Positions 48,315 through 61,834 of a stretch of 63,671 bases of DNA are shown here, piece by piece. Below the pieces are notes generated by a model, which was not told where the DNA came from, did no database searches, and saw nothing but the letters and a program-made list of their open reading frames with translations. Origin of the DNA: Alphaproteobacteria bacterium (GTDB taxonomy: Bacteria > Pseudomonadota > Alphaproteobacteria > UBA11222); assembly GCA_009693835.1 (NCBI GenBank), contig SHWM01000003.1:1-63671 (forward strand). Reading direction: 5' to 3'. The number at the start of each line of letters is the position of its first letter. Position 1 is the stretch's first letter. The translations under genes were made by a program, and so were the position numbers.

Positions 48315-50015
48315 CTAGACGGCCTGAACCGTACCCCCGCGAATCAGGCGGCCCGGATAGGCGCCAGTGTGTACCCCATTCTCATAGGTGACTTCACCCT
48401 TGCAGATGGTGGCGCGGTAGCCATGGGCGCGCTGGATGATCCGCTTTCCACCCGCCGGCAGGTCATAGACCATTTCCGGCTGCTCAAGGCCCAGCGCATC
48501 ATAATCGATGAGGTTGATATCGGCCCGGTAACCCGGCGCAATCACGCCGCGATCCGTCATGCCATAAAGCAGCGCGGTGTCCTGGGTCATCTTGTGGACC
48601 ACGAATTCAAGATTCATGGTATCGCCCTTGGTGCGGTCGCGGGTCATATAGGCCAGCATATAGGTCGGGATGCTGGCGTCGCACAGCACGCCGCAATGCG
48701 CGCCGCCGTCTGACAGGCCGAACACCGCATGCGGGTGTTTGATCGCTGCAATCTGCCCATTCAGATCGCCATTATATTTGCCGAACAGATACAGAATCGG
48801 ACGGCCCGACGCCATGACATCCATCAGGGTCTCTTTGGGGCTGACGCCTGCAGCTTCCGCGATCCCGGCCAATGAGTCCGCATAACCTGGCTCATAGCTC
48901 AGATCCTCTGGCAGGACATACATTTTGTTCCAGGTCGAGATCATCTTGTTGGTATCGGCGAAACGCGACGCGGTTGGCGCATCCGCCAGCACTTTGGCGC
49001 GGAATTCTGGATCGCGCAGAAGGCGGCGCTGTTCATCAAAAGGCAGGCCCCGGATTTCCCGGTAGGACGGGAATTGCCGCATCGGGTTGAGCGTACCCTC
49101 AAGCGTCATCAGCACGGACGCGGGCCGGGCGCCGACCTGGGGCCGGATCGACAGCCCTTCGGGCGCGAGACGCGCGGCGAGATTCCAGATGCCGCTGTTG
49201 GTGTCCGGGATCACCAGCGTGGTGATCGGACGTTTGGTCAGCCGGGCGATATACTCGATCCAGGCCAGTTCCTCGGCCTTGTCGAGATGATCGGAGATGA
49301 TCTCCATCGTCCCGTGGCCGGCATCCGCGAATGCCTTGCCGATCGCCATCATTTCGCCGGCCGACGCATGCGTGCCGGGGATTGCATTGCCCGCCTTGTC
49401 CACATGGCCATAAAAGCGCGAAGTGGAAAAGCCGAGCGCGCCGTCCAGCAGCGCCTGTTTGGTGATGGCCGCCATCTCCGCCATGTCGGCAGGGGTCGCG
49501 TCGTCATAGCAGCGGTCGCCCATCACATAATGGCGCAGCGCCACATGGGGTACCTGCGCGCCGATGTCCATCACATAGGGCGTGTCGATGACATTCAGAT
49601 ATTCGCCAAAAGTTTCCCAGCCCCAGGGCAGGCCTTCATGCAGCGCCGTGCCCGGTATATCCTCCACACTTTCCATCAGCTGAATCAGCTCGCCTTCCGA
49701 ACCCGGGCGGACAGGGGCGAAACCAACCCCGCAATTGCCCATCACGACAGTGGTGACGCCGTGCCAGCTTGACGGGGTGACTTGCTTGTCCCAGCAGACC
49801 TGACCATCGAAATGCGTGTGAATGTCGACAAAGCCCGGCGTGAGCAGCAGGCCGGCGGCGTCAATGGTCCGCTTCGCCGCACGGCTGGCCGCGCCAGCGC
49901 CCGTGGTTTCAATCACCTCGGTGATCTTGCCATTGTTGATAACAACATTCCCGGTGAAAGCAGGCTTTCCGGTGCCGTCCACGATACGTGCGTTGGTGAT
50001 GATCAGGTCGTCCAC
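48315..50015 (-). CDS. N-acyl-D-amino-acid deacylase / D-aminoacylase-like amidohydrolase
   Basis: 566 aa containing MDDLIITNARIVDGTGKPAF.GNVVINNGKI...PGFVDIHTHFDGQ..., a metal-dependent amidohydrolase pattern. The subfamily call is from memory. Confidence 0.75.
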   Translation of the reverse strand: MDDLIITNARIVDGTGKPAFTGNVVINNGKITEVIETTGAGAASRAAKRTIDAAGLLLTPGFVDIHTHFDGQVCWDKQVTPSSWHGVTTVVMGNCGVGFAPVRPGSEGELIQLMESVEDIPGTALHEGLPWGWETFGEYLNVIDTPYVMDIGAQVPHVALRHYVMGDRCYDDATPADMAEMAAITKQALLDGALGFSTSRFYGHVDKAGNAIPGTHASAGEMMAIGKAFADAGHGTMEIISDHLDKAEELAWIEYIARLTKRPITTLVIPDTNSGIWNLAARLAPEGLSIRPQVGARPASVLMTLEGTLNPMRQFPSYREIRGLPFDEQRRLLRDPEFRAKVLADAPTASRFADTNKMISTWNKMYVLPEDLSYEPGYADSLAGIAEAAGVSPKETLMDVMASGRPILYLFGKYNGDLNGQIAAIKHPHAVFGLSDGGAHCGVLCDASIPTYMLAYMTRDRTKGDTMNLEFVVHKMTQDTALLYGMTDRGVIAPGYRADINLIDYDALGLEQPEMVYDLPAGGKRIIQRAHGYRATICKGEVTYENGVHTGAYPGRLIRGGTVQAV

Positions 50016-50207
50016 GAGGCGTCTCCTTTAATTGTCTGGCAAATATCTGGCGATTGCCTGGCGCGATGGTAGCGTAATGCGTCCCGATTGCAAGAGCCAG
50101 CCGCGGGGTAATCATCGACGGACTTGAATAAAACAACGTAAATCCAAGGTGAATTTCCAACTGATTACTTTTTTGTAAGTAGCGGGACCGCTTGCCCTTT
50201 ACCCCCC

Positions 50208-51755
50208 CTACTCCCACTCAATCGTGCCCGGCGGTTTTGAGGTGATGTCGTAGACTACGCGGTTGACGCCGCGCACTTCGTTGATGATGCGGGTGGCGGC
50301 AGCCCCCAGAAACTCGTGCGTGAACGGATAGATGTCCGCCGTCATGCCATCGGTGCTGGTGACGGCGCGCAGCGCGCAGACATATTCATAGGTGCGTTCA
50401 TCGCCCATCACGCCCACGGTTTTCACCGGCAGCAGCACGGCGAAGGCCTGCCAGATCGCATCATAGAGCCCGGCCTTGCGGATTTCCTCTATGTAAATTG
50501 CGTCGGCCTTGCGCAGAATTTCGAGCTTTTCCGGCGTGATCTCGCCCGGCACCCGGATTGCCAGCCCCGGCCCCGGAAACGGATGCCGCCCCACAAACGC
50601 CTCGGGCAAGCCAAGTTCGCGGCCCAGCACCCGCACCTCGTCCTTGAACAGCTCGCGCAACGGCTCGACCAGTTTCATGCGCATGCGCTCCGGCAGGCCG
50701 CCCACATTGTGATGCGATTTGATGGTCACGCTCGGCCCGCCATCAAAGGACACGCTTTCGATCACGTCCGGGTACAGCGTGCCCTGGGCCAGAAAATCCG
50801 CGCCGCCGATTATGGCGGCTTCTTCCTCGAACACCTCGATGAAGGCCGCGCCAATGATCTTGCGTTTCTGCTCGGGGTCGCTCACGCCCGCAAGGCGCGA
50901 TAGAAACAGATCCGACGCCTCGCGATGCACCAGATGAATATTGTAATGATCGCGGAACAGACGCACCACTTCCTGCGCCTCGCCCGCGCGCATCAGGCCG
51001 GTGTCGACAAACACGCAGGTCAGTTGCGCGCCGATTGCCTCATGCAGCAGCACCGCCACCACCGAACTGTCGACGCCGCCGGACAGGCCGCAGATCACCC
51101 TGCCCTTGCCTACCTGTGCGCGTACTTTGGCGATTTCGGTTTCACGGAACGCCGCCATGGTCCAGCCGCCGGTGCAGCCTGCAATTTTATGGGTGAAATT
51201 GCGCAGCAGTTCGGCGCCGTCCGGCGTGTGTGCGACCTCGGGGTGGAACATCAGGCTGTAAAAACCGCGCGCCTCGTCTGCAGCGGCGGCGAAGGGCGCA
51301 TTCTCGGAGGCGGCATAGACCTCAAAGCCTGCCGGAAGCCTGATGACCCGGTCGCCATGCGACATCCAGACCTGATAGCGTCCGCCCATATTCCAGACGC
51401 CCTCAAAGAGCGGGCTGGATTTTTTGATCTCCACAAAGGCGCGGCCGAATTCACGGTGATCGCCGGCCTCCACTTCGCCGCCCAGTTGCGCACACATGGT
51501 CATCTGTCCATAACAGATGCCCAGCACCGGCACGCCCATCTGGAACACGCGTTCCGGCGCGCGCGGGGTTCCCATGGCGGCCACACTGGCGGGGCCGCCA
51601 GAAAGGATGATTGCCTTTGGCGCAAAACTGTCCAGAATCGCCGCCGCCTTGTTATAGGGGATGATTTCGCAATAGACGCCGCTCTCGCGCACCCGGCGCG
51701 CGATCAATTGCGTGACCTGCGATCCAAAGTCAATAATCAGCACACGGTCGTTCAT
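50208..51755 (-). CDS. guaA: GMP synthase (glutamine-hydrolysing)
   Basis: Contains [26 protein letters not shown]...GICYG.Q...[10 protein letters not shown] (PP-loop)...C-terminal ...KPPGTIEWE. Confidence 0.95.
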   Translation of the reverse strand: MNDRVLIIDFGSQVTQLIARRVRESGVYCEIIPYNKAAAILDSFAPKAIILSGGPASVAAMGTPRAPERVFQMGVPVLGICYGQMTMCAQLGGEVEAGDHREFGRAFVEIKKSSPLFEGVWNMGGRYQVWMSHGDRVIRLPAGFEVYAASENAPFAAAADEARGFYSLMFHPEVAHTPDGAELLRNFTHKIAGCTGGWTMAAFRETEIAKVRAQVGKGRVICGLSGGVDSSVVAVLLHEAIGAQLTCVFVDTGLMRAGEAQEVVRLFRDHYNIHLVHREASDLFLSRLAGVSDPEQKRKIIGAAFIEVFEEEAAIIGGADFLAQGTLYPDVIESVSFDGGPSVTIKSHHNVGGLPERMRMKLVEPLRELFKDEVRVLGRELGLPEAFVGRHPFPGPGLAIRVPGEITPEKLEILRKADAIYIEEIRKAGLYDAIWQAFAVLLPVKTVGVMGDERTYEYVCALRAVTSTDGMTADIYPFTHEFLGAAATRIINEVRGVNRVVYDITSKPPGTIEWE

Positions 51756-51768
51756 GAAAAATCCGCGA

Positions 51769-54602
<2,834 letters not shown>

Positions 54603-54656
54603 TTAGTTTCCGGTATATACGCAACCATCAAAAATGGCAGGTTATGGAAGTGTGCT

Positions 54657-55340
54657 TTATTCCTTCCCCCTGCCCTTGAACCCGGTCGCCAGCACGTAGA
54701 TTTCTTTTGAATCGGCGCGGCTGGCTTTGGGTTTCACATGCTGTACGCGGGTGAACATCTGCTTCATGCGGGCCAGCAATTTCGCCTCGGTGCCGCCCTG
54801 CAGCACTTTGGCGCAGAAACTGCCGCCAGGCGCCAGCACCTCGCAGGCAAAATCATAAGCCAGATCGCACAGCGCGATAATGCGCGCATGGTCGGTCATT
54901 CTGTGCCCGGTGGCGGGTGACGCCATATCCGAAAGCACAACATCCACCGCCCCGCCCAGCGCCGCGCGGATCAGCTCCGGCGCCTCGGGTTGCAGAAAAT
55001 CCAATTGCAGGAATCTGGCCCCCGCAACCGCCTCCATCCCGTTGATATCGACCGCAAGAATGGCGCCTGCCCCCGCCTTTGCCACGCACACCTGGGTCCA
55101 GCCACCGGGCGCCGCGCCCAGATCCAGCACGCGCGCGCCCTTGCGCAACAGATGATGCTGCGTATCAATCTCCAATAATTTATAGGCGGCGCGTGATCGG
55201 TATCCATCGCGCCTTGCCGCCGTCACATAGGGGTCATTCAGTTGCCGTTGCAGCCAGCGGGTGGAGCTGGTGCTGCGTTTGCGCGCGGTTTTAACCCGTA
55301 CGGACAGGTCCCGGCCCGCCCCGCCCAGACTATCCTTCAT
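54657..55340 (-). CDS. rlmE: 23S rRNA (uridine2552-2'-O)-methyltransferase RlmE (FtsJ)
   Basis: Contains STRWLQRQLNDPYV..A...GYRSRAAYKLLEID....LL..GARVLDLGAAPGGWTQV...VVLSDMAP..TG. The start is taken at ATG 55340 (alternative 55358), and it overlaps the end of the ppx-like gene. Confidence 0.88.
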   Translation of the reverse strand: MKDSLGGAGRDLSVRVKTARKRSTSSTRWLQRQLNDPYVTAARRDGYRSRAAYKLLEIDTQHHLLRKGARVLDLGAAPGGWTQVCVAKAGAGAILAVDINGMEAVAGARFLQLDFLQPEAPELIRAALGGAVDVVLSDMASPATGHRMTDHARIIALCDLAYDFACEVLAPGGSFCAKVLQGGTEAKLLARMKQMFTRVQHVKPKASRADSKEIYVLATGFKGRGKE

Positions 55341-56442
55341 GTTGCAGCCGGCTTCCATCGTCCTGGCGCATGAGCATGGTCAGGATGCCTTCGCGCAGGC
55401 CGCGGTCCGCGACACGTAGCTGGCTGGCGGGCCATATATCGGTGATGGCTTCGAGTATGGCGCATCCCGCCACGACCAGATCGGCCCGCTCATGGCCAAT
55501 GCACGGCACTGCCACCCGTTCATTATAGTTCATGCCCGCAAGCTGCTGCGCCACTTCACGAATGGCAGGCACCGGCACCCAGGCACCGTCGACCTGACTG
55601 CGGTCGTAACGGCGCAGGCCCATATGCACCCCGGCCAAAGTCGTCACCGTGCCGGACATGCCCAGCATCTGCACCTCACCTGCTTCAATATGCGGGCGAA
55701 GATTGTGTTTTTTCTCAAAACCTTGCAGATGCGCGCGCACTTCTTCCACCATGGCCAGATAGGACGGGGCCGAGATTTCCGGCCCGCCATGTTTTTCGGA
55801 CAGGCTGACCACTCCCTGCGACATGCTGGTCCACGCCAGTATTTCAGGGTTTCGCCGTTTTGCGAGGTTAAGCCAGATAAGTTCCGTGCTGCCACCGCCC
55901 ACGTCAAAGACCAGCGCGTAACGGCGTGTGTGATCGAGCAGCGGCAGGCATCCGGCCACCGCCAGACGCGCTTCCTCTGCCGGGGATATGATGTTCAGCT
56001 CGATGCCGGTCTCCGCCAGCACCCTGGCTGCGAAGGCGGCCCCGTTGGCGGCCTGGCGGCAGGCGGCGGTAGCGACGTTATGCGCCCGCGACACGCCGCG
56101 CCGCTGCATCTTGTGAGAACAGATTTTCAGGGCAGAAATGGCGCGGTCAATCGCGGCGTCCGAGAGTTCGCCGGAATGGCCCAACCCCTCGCCCAGCCGC
56201 ACAATGCGCGAAAACGACTCCACGACGCGAAAACCGCGCCGTGTCGGTTTGGCGATCAATAGCCGGCAATTATTTGTGCCCAGATCTAGCGCGCTATAGG
56301 TATGCAGCCATCGTTGTACGGCACGGGCCGCCTGTGTCCTGAAGCGCAGATCTGGATCCGTGGTTTCTGCTCGCACGTAATCCATCACCGGACCAGACGC
56401 GGGCCTTACGCCCACCGCGCCCGTCCGGCGCTCCGATTTCAT
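55330..56442 (-). CDS. ppx: Ppx/GppA family phosphatase (exopolyphosphatase-like)
   Basis: Contains YSALDLGTNNCRLLIAKP...FRVVESFSRIVRLGEG...ATAACRQA.N...FDVGGGSTELI, the ASKHA-fold Ppx/GppA motifs. Confidence 0.85.
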   Translation of the reverse strand: MKSERRTGAVGVRPASGPVMDYVRAETTDPDLRFRTQAARAVQRWLHTYSALDLGTNNCRLLIAKPTRRGFRVVESFSRIVRLGEGLGHSGELSDAAIDRAISALKICSHKMQRRGVSRAHNVATAACRQAANGAAFAARVLAETGIELNIISPAEEARLAVAGCLPLLDHTRRYALVFDVGGGSTELIWLNLAKRRNPEILAWTSMSQGVVSLSEKHGGPEISAPSYLAMVEEVRAHLQGFEKKHNLRPHIEAGEVQMLGMSGTVTTLAGVHMGLRRYDRSQVDGAWVPVPAIREVAQQLAGMNYNERVAVPCIGHERADLVVAGCAILEAITDIWPASQLRVADRGLREGILTMLMRQDDGSRLQHEG

Positions 56443-56494
56443 TTAATGTTAACCAGACTGTAGCACTCTGGGGCACCATATTACAAAGTGATAG

Positions 56495-56524
56495 TTGACA
56501 ATCTGTATCCGCTGTCACTAAAGA
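56495..56524 (+). promoter_or_regulatory. candidate sigma70-type promoter for tRNA-Gln
   Basis: A perfect -35 TTGACA (56495-56500), an 18-nt spacer and TAAAGA (56519-56524). The tRNA 5' end follows about 29 nt later. The -10 element is weak. Confidence 0.3.
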
Positions 56525-56552
56525 AAGGCTCTTTCTGAGTGCTGGCGCCCGT

Positions 56553-56626
56553 TGGGGGATAGTTTAGCGGTAGAACTCTCGGCTCTGACCCGTGCAACCT
56601 TGGTTCGAATCCAAGTCCCCCAGCCA
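56553..56626 (+). tRNA. tRNA-Gln (anticodon CUG), CCA encoded
   Basis: I folded a cloverleaf by hand. The acceptor stem is TGGGGGA/TCCCCCA with discriminator G and CCA. The D-stem is GTTT/GAAC. The anticodon stem is CTCGG/CCGTG (one U-U mismatch) with loop CT-CTG-AC. The T-arm is CTTGG-TTCGAAT-CCAAG. The U1-A72 pair is typical of bacterial tRNA-Gln. Confidence 0.9.
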
Positions 56627-56797
56627 CACTTCATCCTTCGGGCTTCGCATGGCTTACGCCAATGGGGCATCTGCGCGCGTATACACCAGGCTTAATCAGC
56701 CGATCGTCCTGCCTGCCTGCCGCTTATCACTCTGTATTCAGACCGTCTGATGCTTTATCCTGGTTTTCTCACATCTAACGGCATCGGAGAAGTAAGC

Positions 56798-57166
56798 ATG
56801 ATCGGTTATGTCACACTCGGAACCAATGATCTGGCGCGCGCCGCAAAATTTTATGATGCGTTGCTGGGCGAACTGGGCGCCAAGCGCGCCATGGAAACAG
56901 AGCGGTTTGTGGCCTGGGCGGCTGGCCCTGGCCAGCCCATGGTCATGGCCATGAAGCCTTTCGACGGCAAGGCGGCAACGGTTGGCAATGGGACGATGGT
57001 GGCGCTGGCGGTCGACAGCAAGGCGAAGGTCGACGCCATTTACAAAAGGGCGATGGAGCTTGGCGCCAAGGATGAAGGCCCCGCCGGGCCGCGCGGGACA
57101 GGCTTCTATGCCGGATATTTCCGTGATCTGGATGGCAACAAGCTGAACGTATTTTTCATGGGCTGA
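56798..57166 (+). CDS. VOC (glyoxalase/bleomycin-resistance/dioxygenase) family protein
   Basis: Contains MIGYVTLGTNDLARAAKFYDALLG...GYFRDLDGNKLNVF. The SD GGAGA precedes ATG 56798. Confidence 0.8.
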   Translation: MIGYVTLGTNDLARAAKFYDALLGELGAKRAMETERFVAWAAGPGQPMVMAMKPFDGKAATVGNGTMVALAVDSKAKVDAIYKRAMELGAKDEGPAGPRGTGFYAGYFRDLDGNKLNVFFMG

Positions 57167-57221
57167 AAAACTTTCTGGCAGGATCGGGTTGTAACCGATC
57201 TTGCCGGAATGATCGGCGCGC

Positions 57222-58718
57222 TTACCAGTTGAACTGGGTACGCAGCGCGAGTGCCTCGAAATCCTGTCCAATCTGAGCGTTTGGCCCGCCATTAGCGGTG
57301 GAATTGTTTGAATAGGCGCGGCGCTCTATGTCGCCAATCATGTAGTCCAGCATGAAACGGACATTGCGGTTTGGATACCAGTTGAGGCCAAGCGTGATGA
57401 TATCTTGCTGGCCGCCGCGGATGCATCCGGATGCGCCGGTGGGGTTAAGAGTTGCCGAGCTTCCCGAAAAGGTGGCGGGACAGATGGCGTTTGATGCGTG
57501 ATCGTCAAGATTGGCTGTGCTGTACCGGGCTGCCAGTTCGATCGCGCCAAGCGAATCTCCAAATCCGAAAGGACCATTAGGTTTAGGCGCGCCGAAGGCT
57601 GCACTCTTCATGTCGTAGGGTTTTGCTTCGCCGGTGACAATGTAAGATGCCTGCACGTACCAGGCGTCGAAGTCCGCCTGCGGCGCCCCGCCCGCGCGGT
57701 CGATCTGATAGCTATAATATTCGCCCTGGGCGTAAAAATTCTTCCAGTTGCCGGCCAATTCGGGGCCGTAAACGAGCGCTGATTCACTGCCGAGTGATCC
57801 TGTGGAAATCAGCCGTGCGCCATCCACCCGCAGTTCCGGCCGTTCCTGCAAAGTAAACACGGGCCCGCTCGCCGGCTGGTTAAAGCCGAATACCCGGGTG
57901 GCGGATGCGCCAATATGGATATTTGAATCAGCATTTGGCGCGATACGATAGGCCGTGCGTCCGACCAGCGCGTTTTGCTCATCAAAGCCGCCTTCGCCAA
58001 CAAGCCCTTTGGTATAGTAGAGCGAGGCAAAATAATTATTTGTATTGCCGCGTACGCCAACGGAACTGCGACCATCGCCGCCTGCAAAACCTGCCGCCAT
58101 AGAGGCGGCGGCCGCGCGCTCGAGGAACATCGTATCATTGGAACTGATGCTTTCATCCAGCGTCATCGGCGGTTTTGTGGTGCCAATTTCAATTTTCAGA
58201 GGTTTAAGCGCCGTGTAGCTGATCAGCGCCTCATGAACAACGCCCCCCGACTCAACGCCGGAACCGCCGAAGTTAAATTCGAGCTTATATTCCCAGTCGC
58301 GCATGAATTTGCCTTCGACGCCCAGTTGCGCACGGCGAAAATTGGTGCCGGAACTGAGATCACGCCCCGGCGCAATGGCGGGCAAGTGATCATCGTCCTG
58401 GAAGTAGGCGGCTGTGTCGTAATTCATGCGCCCGCGCAGCGCCATTTCGAAATACCCGTCAGGGGTGCGGAAGGTTGGCCGTCCGTTTTCAAATTTAATT
58501 TCGACCGCATCCTGTTTGGTTTTGATTTCGCTGATTTTTGTGTCCTGAACAGCCTGCACAGTGTTCAGCCGGCGCTCCAGCGCCTTGATCTGCGCCTTAA
58601 GGGCGTCGATCTCACTTTGATCTACCGGAGCAGCAAGCGCCGCCGTCGCGGAGATTATGTTCAGTGCGCTTGCGCCCATCATTAGCAGGCCCGCAAACTT
58701 TAAGTACTTCAAAGACAT
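57222..58718 (-). CDS. OprO/OprP-type (phosphate-selective) porin family outer membrane protein
   Basis: It has a signal peptide (MSLKYLKFAGLLMMGASALNIISATAALA) and a coiled-coil N-terminal segment. The sequence ...GRPTFRTPDGYFEMALRGRMNYD... and a beta-barrel ending ...LRTQFNW follow the Porin_O_P pattern as I remember it. Confidence 0.75.
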   Translation of the reverse strand: MSLKYLKFAGLLMMGASALNIISATAALAAPVDQSEIDALKAQIKALERRLNTVQAVQDTKISEIKTKQDAVEIKFENGRPTFRTPDGYFEMALRGRMNYDTAAYFQDDDHLPAIAPGRDLSSGTNFRRAQLGVEGKFMRDWEYKLEFNFGGSGVESGGVVHEALISYTALKPLKIEIGTTKPPMTLDESISSNDTMFLERAAAASMAAGFAGGDGRSSVGVRGNTNNYFASLYYTKGLVGEGGFDEQNALVGRTAYRIAPNADSNIHIGASATRVFGFNQPASGPVFTLQERPELRVDGARLISTGSLGSESALVYGPELAGNWKNFYAQGEYYSYQIDRAGGAPQADFDAWYVQASYIVTGEAKPYDMKSAAFGAPKPNGPFGFGDSLGAIELAARYSTANLDDHASNAICPATFSGSSATLNPTGASGCIRGGQQDIITLGLNWYPNRNVRFMLDYMIGDIERRAYSNNSTANGGPNAQIGQDFEALALRTQFNW

Positions 58719-58807
58719 AGGGTACCCCCGTAAAATAGTAATCGGAACCGTAGAAAGGCCTGTCACAGATGATTTCTGCCTTGGTCACTTACAGGTATCA
58801 GCGCGCC

Positions 58808-58847
58808 GTGACGGAACTTTTACAGTTTCATTGCAGATAGATGACAG
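58808..58847 (-). promoter_or_regulatory. candidate tandem Pho boxes (PhoB binding array) upstream of the porin gene
   Basis: The minus strand reads CTGTCAT-ctat-CTGCAAT-gaaa-CTGTAAA-agtt-CCGTCAC, four 7-bp direct repeats at exact 11-bp spacing. The classical Pho box is CTGTCAT-N4-CTGTCAT. The array lies 90-130 nt upstream of the porin ATG. Confidence 0.5.
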
Positions 58848-58903
58848 GAAGGGAGGCGGATGAGCCGATCTGAGGCAAGCTAGGAGCTGGCGGTTAACAA
58901 GTC

Positions 58904-59479
58904 CTAACCGGCGCGCTGAATCTTTTCCCGATGGCCGGTTGGCACTCCGGCCCCCACATCCAGAAACAGCGAGGTAGGGCTGTTCGCTAATCCAGCTTCT
59001 CCTGTGACAGCATTGAATGTGTCAGGAGCAACTTTTGTCATCAACCCGATGAGCTGGGTTATTTCATCCTGATGCGTACGCATCGGCAGAAAAAGCATTT
59101 CGAATATGCTGGGAGATTGAAACCGCGTCAGAAGTATTTCGCGGAGAAGAAGACCGCAAGGCGCCCTGCGGACAGTATCAAAATCAATCGGCGCCGCGTT
59201 GCGCTTGCCCTCCTCGAAAATTTCGAAAAAGTCCGTGCCCGTGAGTTCCCTGCCCACCTCTTTCATAAAAGCGGTCCCCGCCAGCCGGTAATTCAGGGCG
59301 CCCGGGTCCTTATACTCAACGATCACTAGATTGGGCAGAAAGGGAAGCAAATCGGCCGGCCGTACATTTGCCCGGCGTGGCACAAGTTCCTCCCCCCGGA
59401 TGGCGCACCAGTAATCCAGCACCGCGCGGGTGGGCGCCATGACATTTTCTGGCAGGACGGGTGAAGCTGAAATGTGCAA
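58904..59479 (-). CDS. PAS_5 (DUF1457-like) PAS-fold protein
   Basis: ...VLDYWCAIRGEELVPRRANVRPADLLPFLPNLVIVEY.DPGALNYRLAGTAFMKEVGRELTG..F.E matches the small stand-alone PAS_5 proteins common in alphaproteobacteria (family call from memory). Confidence 0.65.
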   Translation of the reverse strand: MHISASPVLPENVMAPTRAVLDYWCAIRGEELVPRRANVRPADLLPFLPNLVIVEYKDPGALNYRLAGTAFMKEVGRELTGTDFFEIFEEGKRNAAPIDFDTVRRAPCGLLLREILLTRFQSPSIFEMLFLPMRTHQDEITQLIGLMTKVAPDTFNAVTGEAGLANSPTSLFLDVGAGVPTGHREKIQRAG

Positions 59480-59631
59480 TATGCTGACCTACCGGTTAAT
59501 CGCCGTCCACTTCACAGGATTAGAATTGTATTCTCAACCTGTGTATTAGCGGGAGTTGGTTAACTATGTGTAAAGCCGGAAATAGGCTGATCCCGATGAA
59601 ATCGGAGCAGATTGAAACCTGATGGCCATTC

Positions 59632-61047
59632 ATGACTTACAGAACTAACGGCGCCAATCACATACCCTCCTTGCATGTGATTGGCGGCGGTCTGGCCGGG
59701 TGCGAGGCGGCCTGGCAGGCCGCGAAAGCTGGCGTAAGCGTCATTTTGCATGAGATGCGGCCCCACAGGCAGACCGAAGCGCATGAAACCAGCCATCTGG
59801 CCGAAATGGTTTGTTCCAACTCTTTCAGATCGGATGATCACCAAACCAGCGCAGTCGGGCTGCTGCATGAGGAAATGCGGCGCGCCGGCTCACTGATTCT
59901 GGCCGCGGCCGACGCCAACAAGGTGCCCGCGGGGTCAGCTTTGGCCGTCGATCGCGAGGGCTTTTCACGCAGCGTGGAAGCCGCATTGGCCGCGCTGCCA
60001 AATGTCACGCTTCAGCGCAATGAGGTTACCGGGTTGCCGCCCGCCGAATGGGAGCAGGTCATTATCGCCAGCGGCCCCCTTACCTCCCCGTCGCTGGCGC
60101 AGGCCATTTCCGGTTTAACCGGTGTGGAATCTCTGGCGTTCTTCGACGCCATTGCCCCCATCGTGCATACCGGTTCCATTGATATGTCCCAGGCCTGGTT
60201 TCAGTCGCGTTATGACAAGCCCGGGCCGGGCGGCAGCGGTAAGGATTACATAAACTGTCCTTTGGACGCCGATCAGTACCGGGCGTTCATCGAGGCGCTG
60301 CTCGAAGGCGAGAAGACCCAGTTCAGGGAATGGGAACGCAATACGCCGTATTTCGAGGGCTGTCTGCCGATTGAAGTCATGGCCGAGCGCGGTCCTGAAA
60401 CGCTGCGTTACGGCCCCATGAAGCCGGTTGGCCTGACGAACCCTCACCGGCCGGAAAAGCCTTACGCGGTGGTGCAGCTGCGGCAGGATAATGCGCTCGG
60501 CACACTCTATAATATTGTGGGGTTTCAGACCAAGCTGAAGCATGGCGCGCAAAGCAGTATCTTCCGCACCATTCCGGGTTTGCAAAATGCGGAATTTGCC
60601 CGTCTGGGCGGCATTCACCGCAATACATTTATCAATAGCCCGAGGCTGCTGGATCACCAGCTGCGTCTAAAAACCATGCCGCGTTTGCGGTTTGCAGGGC
60701 AGATCACCGGCGTGGAAGGCTATGTTGAAAGCGCCGCGATCGGGCTGTTGGCGGGTCTGTTGGCCGCTGCCGAAATTCAGGGGCGGGACGTAACGCCGCC
60801 GCCTGTCAGCACCGCCATGGGCGCGCTGCTGCATCACGTCACGGGGGGCGCCGCCGCAGACACGTTTCAGCCGATGAACGTGAATTTCGGACTGTTCCCC
60901 CCCATCGGCGCGCTCGTGACGCCAGAGGGTAAACGGGTGCGCGGCAAGGCCAAGGGGCCCGCGCGCAAAGGCGCTTTCTGCGCCCGTGCGCTTACGGATC
61001 ACGAGCAATGGTTAGAAACATTCACTAAATCCGCCGCCGCCCCATAG
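59632..61047 (+). CDS. trmFO: methylenetetrahydrofolate--tRNA-(uracil54-C5)-methyltransferase TrmFO
   Basis: Contains [29 protein letters not shown]...HET..LAE.VCSNS.RSD...NAVGLLH.EMR...[21 protein letters not shown]. Confidence 0.92.
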   Translation: MTYRTNGANHIPSLHVIGGGLAGCEAAWQAAKAGVSVILHEMRPHRQTEAHETSHLAEMVCSNSFRSDDHQTSAVGLLHEEMRRAGSLILAAADANKVPAGSALAVDREGFSRSVEAALAALPNVTLQRNEVTGLPPAEWEQVIIASGPLTSPSLAQAISGLTGVESLAFFDAIAPIVHTGSIDMSQAWFQSRYDKPGPGGSGKDYINCPLDADQYRAFIEALLEGEKTQFREWERNTPYFEGCLPIEVMAERGPETLRYGPMKPVGLTNPHRPEKPYAVVQLRQDNALGTLYNIVGFQTKLKHGAQSSIFRTIPGLQNAEFARLGGIHRNTFINSPRLLDHQLRLKTMPRLRFAGQITGVEGYVESAAIGLLAGLLAAAEIQGRDVTPPPVSTAMGALLHHVTGGAAADTFQPMNVNFGLFPPIGALVTPEGKRVRGKAKGPARKGAFCARALTDHEQWLETFTKSAAAP

Positions 61048-61834
61048 CCCAGGCCATCCTGGTCTGGCGCAGGTAAGCAGGTAGGGGGGGCTGGATGACA
61101 AATGGGTCATAGTTGGGCCGTGACATCCGGCGAAGATAGAGTTTTGTCAGGGTGGCGGGCAGTAATGCGGCCAAATTTCGCCGCGACATTGGCGGCAGTG
61201 ATTCCCCTGCAGCGGCCAGATGGCGATGCGCCTGACCGGCGATGGCTTTTACCACTCTTTGTAACTGAGGGCTGTTCTGGCAACCAAGAATGGACTGCGC
61301 CGTCAACCCCTCGGCCTTCATGACGTCGCAGGGCAGGAATATATGCCGTTGTGAGGTATAAAAACCGATGTTGCGCAATATCCCGGACAGCGCCCAGGCG
61401 ATGGCTGCGTGAAACAGGCCGGTATCAGCCATCGCGCTGCCGCCAGTGATCGCCACCGCCAGCCGCATCACGCCGCCAGATATCGCATCCAGACGGGTTT
61501 CCAGTTCCGGCAACGAAGCGGGCTGGGCGGCCGTTAATGTGGCGCCATAGACGTCAATCATTGCGTCAAATGGCCGGCGCGGCAGACGGCATTCGCGGAT
61601 GGCCTGCTCCAGCGGCTGTAACACGGGATGCCCTCGCACAATCCCGCCTTCGTAGACGGCCTCTATCCCCTCGCGCCACCATTGCAGGCGAATCTCTCCC
61701 AGCATGGGTTCGCTGACCTGCCCGGGGATACGCGCCATTTCAATATTGAAGGCATAGAGCGCGAACAGATGTTCACGGTCCTGTTCTGCCGCAAACAGCA
61801 CGGACAAAAACCTGTCATGGTCGCTGCGGCGCAC
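61025..61834 (-). CDS. squalene/phytoene synthase family protein (NDUFAF6-like)
   Basis: Contains [54 protein letters not shown]... The track start is GTG 61834. The frame stays open upstream to 61870 (GDLKLLSYCAEL) with an AAGGAG SD, so the true start may be a CTG at 61858. The 3' end overlaps trmFO by 23 nt (convergent). Confidence 0.75.
   Translation of the reverse strand: MRRSDHDRFLSVLFAAEQDREHLFALYAFNIEMARIPGQVSEPMLGEIRLQWWREGIEAVYEGGIVRGHPVLQPLEQAIRECRLPRRPFDAMIDVYGATLTAAQPASLPELETRLDAISGGVMRLAVAITGGSAMADTGLFHAAIAWALSGILRNIGFYTSQRHIFLPCDVMKAEGLTAQSILGCQNSPQLQRVVKAIAGQAHRHLAAAGESLPPMSRRNLAALLPATLTKLYLRRMSRPNYDPFVIQPPLPAYLRQTRMAWAMGRRRI

Noticed and set aside
48138-48713. A 191-aa + strand ORF spanning an intergenic region and the deacylase 3' end.
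   Set aside because: It overlaps the conserved amidohydrolase on the other strand. It has no recognisable motifs and no SD.
56443-58903. tRNA-Gln as the anchor of an integrated genomic island.
   Set aside because: There is no integrase, no phage or transposon genes, and I noticed no direct repeat of the tRNA 3' end downstream. The neighbouring genes (VOC protein, porin, PAS protein, trmFO) have host-like composition.
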